DNA of 64,000 nucleotides from Escherichia coli (GCF_050320075.1 NZ_CP190018.1); one strand, 5' to 3'; positions 48,150 to 59,932 are shown, counted from the first letter of the stretch. The notes: generated by a model not told the origin, from the letters alone. Numbers and translations are program-made.

Positions 48150-49502
48150 TTAACGAAATACCACTTCTGCCCAGCGTGCCAGCCCGGCGGTGACGGAGCC
48201 AAAGTCATCGCCGCCTGCAATCGGAATGCCCGGCAACTGTTCTGCCAGCGCTTTTTTAATCAGCGGCGAACGGGCGCTACCGCCGGTCAGGTAGATAACG
48301 TCCGGTTTTTCCTGGGCGTTATCCAGCGCCAGTTGCACCTGTTCCAGAATCCGCGCCAGTGGCTGGCTGAGGGCGCTTTCCAGCCCTTGCTGGCTAATCA
48401 GCGTAGCCAGTTCATCGCTGATAAACGGCAGTGAGGCGCGGGTTTCCGCAGTGCTTGAAAGGGCGATTTTGCTCTCTTCTGCGCTACGCACCAGGCGATA
48501 GCTTAAACGCTGACGCCAGACTTTCTGTAACAGGGCCACTTTTTCCGGTTCGCGGGCATCGCGTACCAGATCGTTAAGCAGACGACCGTTGGCACTACTG
48601 TAGAAATCACTCTGTGCAGGAACGTCGTTGATGGCAACCGCATTCCACCACGGCAGAATCGGCAGGGCGATGCCTTTTTCGGTTTCGCCACCCATGCCCA
48701 GTAACGGCATCAGGTTTTTAAACGCCAGCGCGATATCCAGATCGTTACCGCCAATACGGCAACCACTGTGACCCAGCAGGCTGGCTTCACGATCGAGACG
48801 CGAACGCCACTGCGGCCCCATCAGCAGCAATGAACAGTCAGTCGTACCACCGCCGATATCCACCACCAGCACCCGTTTTTCTTCCTGCAAGGTGGCTTCG
48901 TAATCCAGCCCAGCCGCGACCGGCTCGTACTGGAATACCACGTCCCTGAATCCGGCACGCTTCGCCGCGCGTTCCAGAATCCCTTGCGCCTGGGTGTTTG
49001 CTTCATCACCGCCCAGCCCCTGGAAGTTGATCGGACGACCAATCACCGCCTGAGTAATCGCTTCTGGCAGTTGTGCCTGCGCCTGCTGGCGAATGTGCAA
49101 CATCATTGCGCAGACCAGATCCTCAAACAGCGCTACCTGCTGCGGTTTTAAGCCGCTGGCACCGAGGAACGATTTTGGTGATTTCACAAACCACACTTCT
49201 TCTGGATCATCAATGTACTGTGCCAGTGAGGAAAGACCGAACTGCACGCTTTTCGCCGTAACATCGATATCTTCTTCGCGGTTATAACGAATCGCCCGAC
49301 GTAACAGCGCCTGCGTTTCATCGTCGTCTGCCGGAACATCATGATGGCGGTACAGCCATTCGCTTACCGCTTCACGCGTTGGCGCGCAAAGCATTGAAGG
49401 CAGCAGCGTGCTGTCGTTTTCCATTTTTAGCAAATGCGGTTTACCGTCACGCATGACCGCCACTGAACAGTTTGCTGTACCGTAATCAAAACCAATAAAC
49501 AC
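48150..49502 (-). CDS. yegD: Hsp70-family ATPase-like protein YegD
   Basis: 450 aa from GTG (MFIGFDYGTANCSVAV...), actin-fold/Hsp70 motifs; track ORF over-extended. Confidence 0.8.
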   Translation of the reverse strand: MFIGFDYGTANCSVAVMRDGKPHLLKMENDSTLLPSMLCAPTREAVSEWLYRHHDVPADDDETQALLRRAIRYNREEDIDVTAKSVQFGLSSLAQYIDDPEEVWFVKSPKSFLGASGLKPQQVALFEDLVCAMMLHIRQQAQAQLPEAITQAVIGRPINFQGLGGDEANTQAQGILERAAKRAGFRDVVFQYEPVAAGLDYEATLQEEKRVLVVDIGGGTTDCSLLLMGPQWRSRLDREASLLGHSGCRIGGNDLDIALAFKNLMPLLGMGGETEKGIALPILPWWNAVAINDVPAQSDFYSSANGRLLNDLVRDAREPEKVALLQKVWRQRLSYRLVRSAEESKIALSSTAETRASLPFISDELATLISQQGLESALSQPLARILEQVQLALDNAQEKPDVIYLTGGSARSPLIKKALAEQLPGIPIAGGDDFGSVTAGLARWAEVVFR

Positions 49503-49635
49503 GAAATAATCCCCATGCCGGTGAAGAAGGGGCGTGACTTTAGCGAAATGTTGCCGTCGCGACAACCGGAATATGAAAGCAAAGCGCAGCGTCTGAATAA
49601 CGTTTATGCTGAAAGCGGATGAATAAGGAGATGCG

Positions 49636-50484
49636 ATGTATACCCTGAACTGGCAGCCGCCGTATGACTGGTCGTGGATGTTGGGATTTCTCGCCGCCCG
49701 TGCGGTGAGCAGTGTGGAAACGGTCGCGGACAGTTATTATGCCCGTAGTCTGGCGGTGGGCGAATATCGCGGCGTGGTGACTGCTATTCCGGATATAGCC
49801 CGCCATACTCTGCACATAAATTTAAGTGCAGGTTTAGAACCTGTTGCCGCAAAGTGTCTGGCGAAAATGAGCCGCCTGTTTGATCTGCAATGTAACCCAC
49901 AAATTGTTAACGGTGCGTTGGGCAGGTTAGGCGCGGCGCGGCCCGGATTGCGTTTACCCGGCTGTGTTGATGCTTTTGAGCAGGGCGTGCGGGCGATTTT
50001 AGGCCAACTGGTGAGCGTGGCGATGGCGGCAAAATTGACCGCCAGAGTGGCACAGCTTTATGGCGAACGGCTGGATGATTTTCCGGAGTATATCTGCTTC
50101 CCGACGCCTCAGCGGCTGGCAGCAGCAGACCCGCAGGCATTAAAAGCGTTAGGTATGCCGTTGAAACGGGCAGAGGCGCTGATTCATCTGGCAAATGCGG
50201 CGCTGGAGGGCACCTTACCAATGACAATACCGGGCGATGTGGAGCAGGCGATGAAAACGCTGCAAACTTTTCCGGGTATCGGGCGCTGGACGGCGAATTA
50301 TTTTGCTTTGCGTGGCTGGCAGGCGAAAGATGTTTTCCTGCCGGATGATTATCTGATTAAACAGCGATTTCCGGGAATGACACCGGCGCAAATCCGCCGT
50401 TATGCCGAGCGCTGGAAGCCCTGGCGTTCTTATGCGCTGTTGCATATCTGGTATACGGAAGGCTGGCAACCAGACGAAGCATGA
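49636..50484 (+). CDS. alkA: 3-methyladenine DNA glycosylase II AlkA
   Basis: 282 aa, synteny, HhH-GPD family features. Confidence 0.9.
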   Translation: MYTLNWQPPYDWSWMLGFLAARAVSSVETVADSYYARSLAVGEYRGVVTAIPDIARHTLHINLSAGLEPVAAKCLAKMSRLFDLQCNPQIVNGALGRLGAARPGLRLPGCVDAFEQGVRAILGQLVSVAMAAKLTARVAQLYGERLDDFPEYICFPTPQRLAAADPQALKALGMPLKRAEALIHLANAALEGTLPMTIPGDVEQAMKTLQTFPGIGRWTANYFALRGWQAKDVFLPDDYLIKQRFPGMTPAQIRRYAERWKPWRSYALLHIWYTEGWQPDEA

Positions 50485-50489
50485 CGTTG

Positions 50490-50580
50490 GTCGCCGGATG
50501 CGGTGCGAGCGCCTTATCCGGCCTGGGGAATGAGCGATTTGTAGGCATGATAAGACGCGTTAGCGTCGCATCAGGCGATG
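50490..50580. repeat. REP/BIME palindromic repeat cluster
   Basis: gccggatgcggtgcgagcgccttatccggcc and gtaggcatgataagacgcgttagcgtcgcatcaggcg read directly. Confidence 0.7.
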
Positions 50581-50592
50581 GGGAAGCACGCC

Positions 50593-53500
50593 TCAGTTAA
50601 TCGCGAAATAACTACTATTCACCAGCAAATCCAGCGGTTGGGCATCGGCAATCACCTCACCATAAATCAGATCGACGCCGATGCCAGAAAGCGTATCCAT
50701 CACTAAGGGTAAAACGACTGGCCCGGCGATGGTTTTCATCCCGAGTCGCTGAGCGTGCCCCTGAATAATCGTAATCAGCATCTCATCCATCAAATTACCC
50801 TGCACGTTGGCGCATAACTCACCATCAAGTAGCAGGTAATCTGCCATATTCGCTTTCAGCGAGTTGAAGATTTGCAGATCGCGGCCCACCTGGCTGAGCA
50901 CTATCCGACATCCCGCCAGCCGCAGTTTTTGCACGCTTTCTGCGTGATCTAAAATCGCTTCAGCCGGAATAATCAGATGTAATAACCGTGGTGGTAGAGG
51001 GCTATTTTCCAGCTGCTCAAGCAGATCATTCACCAGCGTGGCGCTACTCAAACCGGCAACGGAAAGGGGGAGGGAGATGCTTATGCCTTTACTGGCAACC
51101 GCTTTTGCGGCCTGCTGGAAAAATTCGTGGAATACCCGGCGGTCAAGAGCATGGCTAAGCGCCGGATCGCTGAAGCTACGACGAAATGTTTGTTCATCAA
51201 TAATCTCGCCTTCGCAACTCCAGAGCTTAAGTGAAATCAGCCACAAATTACGCGCTTCCGGGATCCGTGGCGAAGCGACACCGTGGGCGAGCATCATCAA
51301 CTGATTCTCTTTAATCATCCGCCACTGTTCATCAAGCGACATCGCCGCCCGTTCGCTATGTGCGGCAGCTTGCTGCGGTTCGTAAACCGTCACCCGGCCC
51401 CGGCCACCATTTTTGGAGGCATAACAGGCGATATCAGCCTGCGACATCACTTCTGCCGCCTGATGATTGTTGTCATCAATCAAGGTAATCCCGGCACTGG
51501 CACCTACCCGATGCACACGGCCTTCCCATATAAAGTGATAGTCATTCACAGCACTGATAATACGTGTAGCGATAAAACGAGCGCTTTCAACATTGCAGTC
51601 TGGCAGCAGCAGACCAAATTCATCCCCACCGAGTCGCGCCAGCACGTCGCTGGAACGCAGCATACTCAGCATTAACGACGCCAGTTCGCGCAGCAAAGCG
51701 TCACCCGCCGCATGCCCGGCGCTGTCATTCACCGCTTTAAAGCGATCAAGATCGATAAACACCAGGGCATGTCGCTGATGTGTACTGTTTACCGTTTGCA
51801 GCAGGATACGCAGTTGTTTCTCAAAACTGGCGCGGTTGGCGAGATGCGTCAGTGCATCATGGGAGGCGCTGTAGCTCAGCTGGCGCAGCATTTTGCGTGA
51901 TTCGGTAACGTCCTGAATCACCAGAACCGAACCAATATTGCTGCCGTCCAGAGTACTTAACGGCGTAATACTGTAATGCACGTCGTAACTGCCGCCGCTC
52001 CGACAGTGCAACACCACATCTTGCTCGATCGCGGAACGTGAGGTGTCGGCACTGTAAATGTTCTCCATTAATGGTCCGTTGTCGCCAAAAGTAATATGCA
52101 ACACCGTCAGGAGCGGAACACCTAACGCTTCTTCCTGCGTCCAGCCGCTCATCTTCTCCGCCACTGGATTCATAAAGGTAATTTTCATCGCCATATCAAT
52201 ACAGACCACGGCTTCACCGATGGAATCAAGCGTAATGTGCAGGCGCTCTTTTTCCTGAAACAATGCCTCGTTAAGCTGTTTCACTTCGGTCATATCCATA
52301 TTGATGCCGAGGAGACGTTCGACTTCGCCTTCTTTATTCAGTACCCGGTTGGCGAGGGCGCGGATATGGCGAATACCGTCTTTTACGGTAATGCGAAATT
52401 CCAGTTTAAAGGGCGAGCGTGATTGCAACGAATCACGAATCACTTTTTCGGCATGCTGGCGATCTTCCGGCAGCACGCACTCGTACCACACCTGCCAGTT
52501 CGGTTTGATATGTGGAGGAATTTCATACAGCTCGAACATCCGCTTATCCCAGCTAAAAATATTCGGCTTCAACTCCCACTCCCAGATGCCAATCCCGCCC
52601 GCTTCGTTAGCCAGAGTGATGCGCTCCATCAGTTGCTGATTGACCTGTTCGGTGCGTTTTAGCTCGTTAATGTCTTCAATCTGAGCGATAAAATAGAGCG
52701 GCGTGCCATCCGTGTGGCGCACCAGTGAGACGGCAAGCAACGCCCAGACAACATCGCCATTGCGGTTGTAGTAGCGTTTTTCCATTGAATAGGTGTTTAT
52801 TTCACCGCTTATCAGCTTTTCAACCTGTTGGAGATCTTTATTGAGATCCTCCGGCCAGGTCAGTTGCTGAAAGGTGAGTCCGCGCAGCTCTTCCTGACTG
52901 TACCCGAGAAACTGGCAGAGCGCTTTGTTGGTTTGCAGCCATTGTCCCTCGGTGCCCACTAACGCCATACCGATAGCGGAATATTCCATCGCGTTCCGAA
53001 AGTGGGTTTCGCTTTCGGAAATGTGTTTGCGTTCCGCACGAAAGGCATACATCACCATGGTCATGATGTTGGCGGGCAGCAGGATCAGCAAAAACGGTAG
53101 CCACGGCATATGGCTCATCAGGTACGTACGCGGCGTAGCAAGCAGGGAGGGATCCGCGGCCATCATCAGCGACACCATCATCACCGTGGTAAGGAAGATC
53201 AAAAAGGCTTCCATTCGTGGCAGACGCACGGCGCTCCACATCAACAGCACAATAATGAAAGTAAAAGGCCACGGCAGATACAGCATCGAAAGCCAGCTTA
53301 ACGTCAGTGTGATGGCTAACGTGAGCAGCGACTCAAAAAGCAACCGTGGGTTGCGATGGCGCAGCAGATAGTGTGGTTTAAATAACAATCCCAGCGGCAC
53401 CAGTGCCAGAGCGCCGATGGATTCTGACAGTACCCATATCAAAAATGCCCTGAGAGGATCGTCTCCGGGCGTCAGCAGGACAACCAGAACACCCCCCAAC

Positions 53501-53910
53501 AGAGGCGGAACAATGGCGCTGCCGAGTGCCAGACGCAGCCAGTCAGCCAGATTTTGCAAGGGGTTATACCACGGCAGCAATTTACGTAGCAGCACTGCCC
53601 CGACCACGGCTTCAACAATATTGATGGTCGTCCAGGTCATGTTCAGCGAGCTGGTGGAAAAAAGCAGGATGGATGCGGCGATATTTCCCAGCGAACAGCT
53701 CAGCGCAATTCCCGGCCACATGCGCCCGGCATGGCGATAAAACGCCACCATCATGATGGACGTCGGGAACCACAGTGGGGCGAGTTGGGTGCCAAACTGC
53801 GAAAGCTCAAGCGAGAAAAGGGTAAAGATAAACGAGACTAAACCTAAACTGACCAGGTGAAGCAGCGGGTGGGGCAGGGCAATTAATACATGCTGTGATT
53901 GTTTGCTCAT
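50593..53910 (-). CDS. dgcE: Diguanylate cyclase DgcE (YegE): MASE1 membrane domain, PAS repeats, GGDEF, degenerate EAL
   Basis: 1105 aa, synteny and recognisable GGDEF motif region. Confidence 0.9.
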   Translation of the reverse strand: MSKQSQHVLIALPHPLLHLVSLGLVSFIFTLFSLELSQFGTQLAPLWFPTSIMMVAFYRHAGRMWPGIALSCSLGNIAASILLFSTSSLNMTWTTINIVEAVVGAVLLRKLLPWYNPLQNLADWLRLALGSAIVPPLLGGVLVVLLTPGDDPLRAFLIWVLSESIGALALVPLGLLFKPHYLLRHRNPRLLFESLLTLAITLTLSWLSMLYLPWPFTFIIVLLMWSAVRLPRMEAFLIFLTTVMMVSLMMAADPSLLATPRTYLMSHMPWLPFLLILLPANIMTMVMYAFRAERKHISESETHFRNAMEYSAIGMALVGTEGQWLQTNKALCQFLGYSQEELRGLTFQQLTWPEDLNKDLQQVEKLISGEINTYSMEKRYYNRNGDVVWALLAVSLVRHTDGTPLYFIAQIEDINELKRTEQVNQQLMERITLANEAGGIGIWEWELKPNIFSWDKRMFELYEIPPHIKPNWQVWYECVLPEDRQHAEKVIRDSLQSRSPFKLEFRITVKDGIRHIRALANRVLNKEGEVERLLGINMDMTEVKQLNEALFQEKERLHITLDSIGEAVVCIDMAMKITFMNPVAEKMSGWTQEEALGVPLLTVLHITFGDNGPLMENIYSADTSRSAIEQDVVLHCRSGGSYDVHYSITPLSTLDGSNIGSVLVIQDVTESRKMLRQLSYSASHDALTHLANRASFEKQLRILLQTVNSTHQRHALVFIDLDRFKAVNDSAGHAAGDALLRELASLMLSMLRSSDVLARLGGDEFGLLLPDCNVESARFIATRIISAVNDYHFIWEGRVHRVGASAGITLIDDNNHQAAEVMSQADIACYASKNGGRGRVTVYEPQQAAAHSERAAMSLDEQWRMIKENQLMMLAHGVASPRIPEARNLWLISLKLWSCEGEIIDEQTFRRSFSDPALSHALDRRVFHEFFQQAAKAVASKGISISLPLSVAGLSSATLVNDLLEQLENSPLPPRLLHLIIPAEAILDHAESVQKLRLAGCRIVLSQVGRDLQIFNSLKANMADYLLLDGELCANVQGNLMDEMLITIIQGHAQRLGMKTIAGPVVLPLVMDTLSGIGVDLIYGEVIADAQPLDLLVNSSYFAIN

Positions 53911-54227
53911 TACCGCTTTATCCGCAAGACCTGGTCGCCAGTATTCGTTTCTGTGTTTATGCTAGTACAAAAGTTTTACATTTTATATGCGAATTGCTCA
54001 TAAAGTGACGTAAAGGCGGATAATTTGCGCAACTGCGTATAACATTTTTTACCTTACATAAAACTGATCAACGTAATTTGCCCCCGGGAATTCTTTGTCA
54101 ACAATTAACTCTGAGCGCGCGGCAACGCTATTCGACTGGTATCAGACGGATGAAATCCCTATAATTGCCGCGTTTGGCGCTTCGTCGCCCCCTTCCTAAC
54201 ATCCAGGTTAATCAGGTCGCTAAATAT

Positions 54228-54869
54228 ATGACTGATCAGTCTCATCAGTGCGTCATTATCGGTATCGCTGGCGCATCGGCTTCCGGCAAGAGTCTTATTG
54301 CCAGTACCCTTTATCGTGAATTGCGTGAGCAAGTCGGTGATGAACACATCGGCGTAATTCCCGAAGACTGCTATTACAAAGATCAAAGCCATCTGTCGAT
54401 GGAAGAACGCGTTAAGACCAACTACGACCATCCCAGCGCGATGGATCACAGTCTGCTGCTTGAGCATTTACAAGCGTTGAAACGCGGCTCGGCAATTGAC
54501 CTGCCGGTTTACAGCTATGTTGAACATACGCGTATGAAAGAAACGGTGACGGTTGAGCCGAAGAAGGTCATCATTCTCGAAGGCATTTTGTTGCTGACGG
54601 ATGCGCGTTTGCGTGACGAACTTAACTTCTCCATTTTCGTTGATACCCCGCTGGATATCTGCCTGATGCGCCGCATCAAGCGTGACGTTAACGAGCGTGG
54701 GCGTTCAATGGATTCAGTGATGGCGCAATATCAAAAAACCGTGCGCCCGATGTTCCTGCAATTCATTGAGCCTTCTAAACAATATGCGGACATTATCGTG
54801 CCGCGCGGCGGGAAAAACCGCATCGCGATCGATATATTGAAAGCGAAAATAAGTCAGTTCTTTGAATAA
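54228..54869 (+). CDS. udk: Uridine/cytidine kinase
   Basis: 213 aa from [22 protein letters not shown] (P-loop); track ORF over-extended. Confidence 0.9.
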
Positions 54870-54960
54870 GCTTGATAAATTGTGTACCGTTCAGTGATAA
54901 CCTGGTATGCCCTTGACGTAATTGGCGTTAAGGGAGTGATGCGCGAAAGGAGAAAATGCC

Positions 54961-55542
54961 ATGCGTCTGTGTGACCGAGATATTGAAGCCTGGCTTGATG
55001 AAGGCCGTTTGTCGATCAACCCACGTCCGCCAGTGGAGCGTATTAACGGCGCGACGGTGGATGTACGCCTGGGCAATAAATTTCGTACCTTCCGTGGTCA
55101 CACGGCAGCGTTTATCGATCTGAGCGGTCCCAAAGATGAAGTGAGCGCCGCGCTTGACCGCGTGATGAGCGATGAGATCGTTCTCGACGAGGGCGAGGCG
55201 TTCTATCTTCACCCAGGAGAGCTGGCGCTGGCGGTGACGCTGGAGTCGGTGACGCTGCCAGCCGATCTGGTGGGCTGGCTGGACGGGCGTTCCTCACTGG
55301 CGCGTCTGGGGCTGATGGTGCACGTCACCGCGCACCGCATCGATCCGGGCTGGTCTGGTTGCATTGTGCTGGAGTTCTACAACTCCGGTAAGCTGCCGCT
55401 GGCGCTGCGTCCGGGCATGTTAATTGGTGCGCTGAGCTTTGAGCCGCTTTCCGGCCCGGCGGCGCGACCTTACAACCGCCGTGAAGATGCGAAATATCGC
55501 AACCAGCAGGGCGCGGTAGCCAGCCGAATCGATAAAGACTAA
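54961..55542 (+). CDS. dcd: dCTP deaminase
   Basis: 193 aa, synteny. Confidence 0.9.
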
Positions 55543-55563
55543 TTCAGGCCCATTGAGGATACC

Positions 55564-57417
55564 ATGAGACGATTTCTGACGACGCTGATGATACTCCTGG
55601 TCGTGCTGGTGGCCGGGTTATCTGCGTTAGTGTTGCTGGTGAATCCGAATGATTTCCGCGACTATATGGTCAAGCAAGTTGCTGCACGTAGCGGTTATCA
55701 ATTGCAGCTCGACGGGCCACTGCGTTGGCACGTCTGGCCGCAACTTAGTATCCTCTCCGGGCGAATGTCTCTCACCGCCCAGGGCGCGAGCCAGCCACTG
55801 GTTCGCGCAGACAACATGCGTCTGGACGTGGCGCTTTTACCACTGCTGAGTCATCAACTGAGCGTTAAGCAGGTGATGCTAAAAGGGGCAGTGATCCAAC
55901 TGACGCCGCAGACGGAAGCGGTACGCAGTGAAGATGCCCCGGTTGCACCACGCGACAATACCTTGCCGGATCTGTCAGACGATCGCGGATGGTCGTTTGA
56001 TATATCCAGTCTTAAGGTGGCGGACAGCGTGCTGGTGTTCCAGCATGAAGATGACGAGCAGGTGACAATCCGCAATATCCGCCTGCAAATGGAACAAGAT
56101 CCCCAACATCGTGGCTCATTTGAGTTCTCCGGGCGGATTAATCGCGATCAGCGCGATCTCACGATATCCCTTAACGGTACGGTAGATGCTTCTGATTATC
56201 CGCATGATTTAACGGCGGCTATTGAACAAGTTAACTGGCAGTTGCAGGGTGCAGATTTACCAAAACAAGGTATTCAGGGGCAGGGGAGTTTCCAGGCCCA
56301 GTGGCAGGAGTCACATAAACGCCTTTCATTTAACCAAATTAGTTTGACCGCCAATGACAGTACGCTGAGCGGGCAAGCACAGGTCACGCTGACAGAGCAA
56401 CCGGAATGGCAGCTGAGACTGCAATTTCCGCAACTGAATCTTGACAACCTCATCCCGCTTAATGAAACAGCGAACGGTGAAAACGGTACCGCGCAGCAAG
56501 GGCAGAGCCAATCAACGTTGCCGCGCCCGGTCATTTCTTCGCGTATTGATGAACCGGCCTATCAGGGACTGCAAGGCTTTACGGCTGATATTTTGTTGCA
56601 GGCCAGTAACGTGCGCTGGCGCGGAATGAATTTTACAGATGTTGCCACGCAAATGACCAACAAGTCGGGTCTGCTGGAAATTACTCAACTGCAGGGCAAA
56701 CTTAACGGTGGACAGGTTTCACTGCCGGGCACGCTGGACGCGACATCAATAAATCCGCGGATAAACTTCCAGCCACGGCTGGAAAACGTTGAGATTGGTA
56801 CCATTCTGAAGGCGTTTAACTATCCGATTTCGTTGACCGGAAAAATGTCACTGGCTGGTGATTTCTCCGGTGCTGACATAGATGCCGACGCATTCCGCCA
56901 CAACTGGCAAGGACAGGCACATGTCGAAATGACCGACACGCGCATGGAAGGGATGAACTTCCAGCAGATGATTCAGCAAGCGGTAGAACGTAATGGTGGT
57001 GATGTGAAGGCCGCTGAAAACTTCGATAACGTAACGCGTCTTGACCGCTTTACCACCGATTTGACGTTGAAGGATGGCGTCGTGACGTTAAACGACATGC
57101 AAGGTCAATCGCCTGTGCTGGCGCTTACAGGGGAAGGTATGTTGAATCTGGCAGATCAAACCTGCGACACCCAGTTTGATATTCGGGTCGTGGGTGGCTG
57201 GAACGGGGAAAGCAAACTGATTGATTTCCTCAAAGAAACGCCAGTACCGCTGCGGGTTTATGGCAACTGGCAGCAACTCAATTACAGTCTGCAAGTGGAT
57301 CAGTTACTGCGCAAACATCTACAGGACGAAGCGAAACGTCGCCTGAATGACTGGGCCGAGCGGAATAAAGATTCCCGCAATGGCAAAGATGTGAAGAAGT
57401 TGCTGGAGAAGATGTAG
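55564..57417 (+). CDS. asmA: Outer-membrane assembly protein AsmA
   Basis: 617 aa, N-terminal TM anchor, synteny. Confidence 0.9.
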   Translation: MRRFLTTLMILLVVLVAGLSALVLLVNPNDFRDYMVKQVAARSGYQLQLDGPLRWHVWPQLSILSGRMSLTAQGASQPLVRADNMRLDVALLPLLSHQLSVKQVMLKGAVIQLTPQTEAVRSEDAPVAPRDNTLPDLSDDRGWSFDISSLKVADSVLVFQHEDDEQVTIRNIRLQMEQDPQHRGSFEFSGRINRDQRDLTISLNGTVDASDYPHDLTAAIEQVNWQLQGADLPKQGIQGQGSFQAQWQESHKRLSFNQISLTANDSTLSGQAQVTLTEQPEWQLRLQFPQLNLDNLIPLNETANGENGTAQQGQSQSTLPRPVISSRIDEPAYQGLQGFTADILLQASNVRWRGMNFTDVATQMTNKSGLLEITQLQGKLNGGQVSLPGTLDATSINPRINFQPRLENVEIGTILKAFNYPISLTGKMSLAGDFSGADIDADAFRHNWQGQAHVEMTDTRMEGMNFQQMIQQAVERNGGDVKAAENFDNVTRLDRFTTDLTLKDGVVTLNDMQGQSPVLALTGEGMLNLADQTCDTQFDIRVVGGWNGESKLIDFLKETPVPLRVYGNWQQLNYSLQVDQLLRKHLQDEAKRRLNDWAERNKDSRNGKDVKKLLEKM

Positions 57418-57431
57418 GTTACCAGGTGACC

Positions 57432-57478
57432 TGTCCTGTAGGCCTGATAAGACGCGTAAAGCGTCGCATCAGGCGTTC
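57432..57478. repeat. REP element
   Basis: gtaggcctgataagacgcgtaaagcgtcgcatcaggcg read directly. Confidence 0.7.
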
Positions 57479-57868
57479 GTGGCGGCACCATTATATTCTG
57501 AATATGTAAGATCGAAGGCTGTTCCGTTCACTTGATGTTCCTCGTTACTATGGAACGCTCAAGCCGGTGAACGTGCCAGGGTGGCTCAATCGCCACCACC
57601 CTGGCAACCCGGGCTCCCGGCGATAAATCGCCGCTGGCGCGGTTCCCTCATCTTATTCCTTTCGGCTATCGGGTACGGGCGCGAGGTAACATCCCTGTAA
57701 AACGCGCCCTCAGCCCACATCCATGTGGGCTGCCCCGGCCTACAGGAAACGATTCGGCGATTTACAGCCGGACCCACACCCCCGCTGTGATGTCCATGTA
57801 CCACAGACAACGCTTCATTGCTGAAGTTATAAGGCGTTACGCAGCATTGGGTAAAATGGCCGATACCA

Positions 57869-59452
57869 TCACACCTCGTATTCCATCTCGCCATCCTTAT
57901 GCAGCGGAATAATCTGCACCTTCTGCACGCGATGGCTTTCCACCTGCAACGTTTTAAGCAAATAATCCCCCACTTGAACTTCTTCGCCAGGTTTTGGAAT
58001 ACGCTGCAAATATTCCATCAATAGCCCGGCAATGGTGTGATATTCACGTTTTTCATCCAGCGGCAGCGGCACATATTGCACCAGATCCTCCAGCGGCATA
58101 TGACCATTCGCCGTCCAGGAACCGTCCGCATTTTTCTGAATATCATGGCGGGCGTCGATCTCTTCCACTTCGTTCGGTAAGTTACCGGCAATGGTTTCAG
58201 TGACGTCACTTAATGTCACAATCCCTTCCACCGAGCCAAACTCATCCACTACAAAAGCAAAGTGCGTGCGGGCATTACGGAACTGCTCCAGGGCAGGTAA
58301 CAACGGCAAGGTTTCCGGGAACACCAGCGGCTGGCGAATCAACACCCGCAGGTTGAGCGGTTCGCCGCGCAGAGACTGTTGTAGCAGGTCGATAACGTGA
58401 ACAACACCGAGCAAATCTTCTGCGTCATCACCGTCGGTAACCACCACCCGCGTATGCTGATTTCGCTCCAGCAACTGGCGGATTTCTTCTTCCGGCGCGT
58501 TGAGATCGATATGCTCAATATCGTGGCGCGACGTCATAATGCTGCTGACGGTACGCTGATTAAGATTAAGTACCCGCTCAATCATCCGCCGTTCCTGCGG
58601 ATTAAAGATCTGCTGGTTACCATGATCCACCAGCATGGACGCGGTTTCGGCGTCCAGTTCCGCATCTTCTTTTTGCCCGCTAAGCAGGCGCATTACCGCT
58701 TCGGTAGTCCGCTGGCGCAGTGTCTGGTTAGCGGAAAGAAAACGTCGACGGTTAAAGATAGCCAACTGATTGAGCGCCTCGATCATCACCGAGAAACCAA
58801 TGGCAGCGTACAGGTAGCCTTTCGGAATGACGAAGCCGAAACCTTCTGCCACCAGGCTAAAGCCAATCATCAACAGGAAGCTTAAGCAGAGAATAACGAT
58901 GGTCGGGTGACTGTTAACAAATTGCGTTAACGGCTTGCTGGCCATCAACATCAGGCTGATAGCGATAACCACGGCGGCCATCATGACCAGTAAATGGTCG
59001 ACCATCCCGACGGCGGTAATCACCGAGTCGAGTGAGAAGATGGCGTCCAGTACCACAATTTGTGTCACCACCCCCCAGAACTTCGCACCTTTGCGTTGCG
59101 TGGGGTTATTGCTGTCTTTCCCCTCCAGCCGTTCGTTCAGCTCCATCGTGGCTTTGAACAGCAGGAAGAAACCACCAAACAGCATGATTAAGTCGCGGGC
59201 GCTAAAGGTAAACGAGCGAAAGCTGAATAGCGGTTGTGTCAGGGTGACCAGCCAGGAGATTGACGCCAGCAGTAACAGGCGCATTAACATCGCCAGCAGC
59301 AGCCCGGTAACCCGTGCGCGGTCGCGCTGCTTCGGCGGTAGTTTTTCGGCGAGGATGGCAATAAAGACCAGGTTATCAATGCCGAGGACCAGTTCGATCA
59401 CAATCAGCGTGATTAACCCGGCCCAGATAGACGGATCGGCAATCCATTCCAT
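57869..59452 (-). CDS. yegH: Inner-membrane protein YegH (TerC-like membrane domain plus CBS/CorC domains)
   Basis: 527 aa from [13 protein letters not shown]...; synteny. Confidence 0.85.
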   Translation of the reverse strand: MEWIADPSIWAGLITLIVIELVLGIDNLVFIAILAEKLPPKQRDRARVTGLLLAMLMRLLLLASISWLVTLTQPLFSFRSFTFSARDLIMLFGGFFLLFKATMELNERLEGKDSNNPTQRKGAKFWGVVTQIVVLDAIFSLDSVITAVGMVDHLLVMMAAVVIAISLMLMASKPLTQFVNSHPTIVILCLSFLLMIGFSLVAEGFGFVIPKGYLYAAIGFSVMIEALNQLAIFNRRRFLSANQTLRQRTTEAVMRLLSGQKEDAELDAETASMLVDHGNQQIFNPQERRMIERVLNLNQRTVSSIMTSRHDIEHIDLNAPEEEIRQLLERNQHTRVVVTDGDDAEDLLGVVHVIDLLQQSLRGEPLNLRVLIRQPLVFPETLPLLPALEQFRNARTHFAFVVDEFGSVEGIVTLSDVTETIAGNLPNEVEEIDARHDIQKNADGSWTANGHMPLEDLVQYVPLPLDEKREYHTIAGLLMEYLQRIPKPGEEVQVGDYLLKTLQVESHRVQKVQIIPLHKDGEMEYEV

Positions 59453-59920
59453 AGTAAGTACAAAACCTATTCGTTGTATGACAAATGTCACAATTCGATC
59501 ATGGATAAATCAGGGCAAAAATGCAATGTTGCGGCACTATTTATCTCACATTATTTGAGGTTTATAACCTCACATTATCCCTGAATTAAAAGTGGTAATA
59601 ATAAAACATTATTTAAGAAATATCACATGTGGAGACACTATATTAAATATTGTCAACCTAAAGAAACTCCTAAAAACCATATTGAATGACACTTAATATA
59701 ATTCTTAAAAATAGCCAATTACCGAATTGTTACCTTGCCTGCTATTCCGTTAGCTGTAACACTTCCTCCTGCATTATTGGAGAGCCAATATTCAATTACC
59801 ATAATGTCACCTTATATTCGGAAGTTAATTTCCGTAATAACCCTTTCTCATCAACGACTGCATGTTGAGAGGGTTTTAAAAATTAAACTAAATCAGTGTA
59901 TTGGTAGCTAAAAAGCCAGG

Positions 59921-59932
59921 GGCGGTAGCGTG
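59921..59932 (+). promoter_or_regulatory. ops element (GGCGGTAGCGTG) within the JUMPstart region upstream of wza, RfaH-dependent antitermination site
   Basis: Exact ops consensus read in sequence about 180 nt upstream of wza. Confidence 0.65.
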
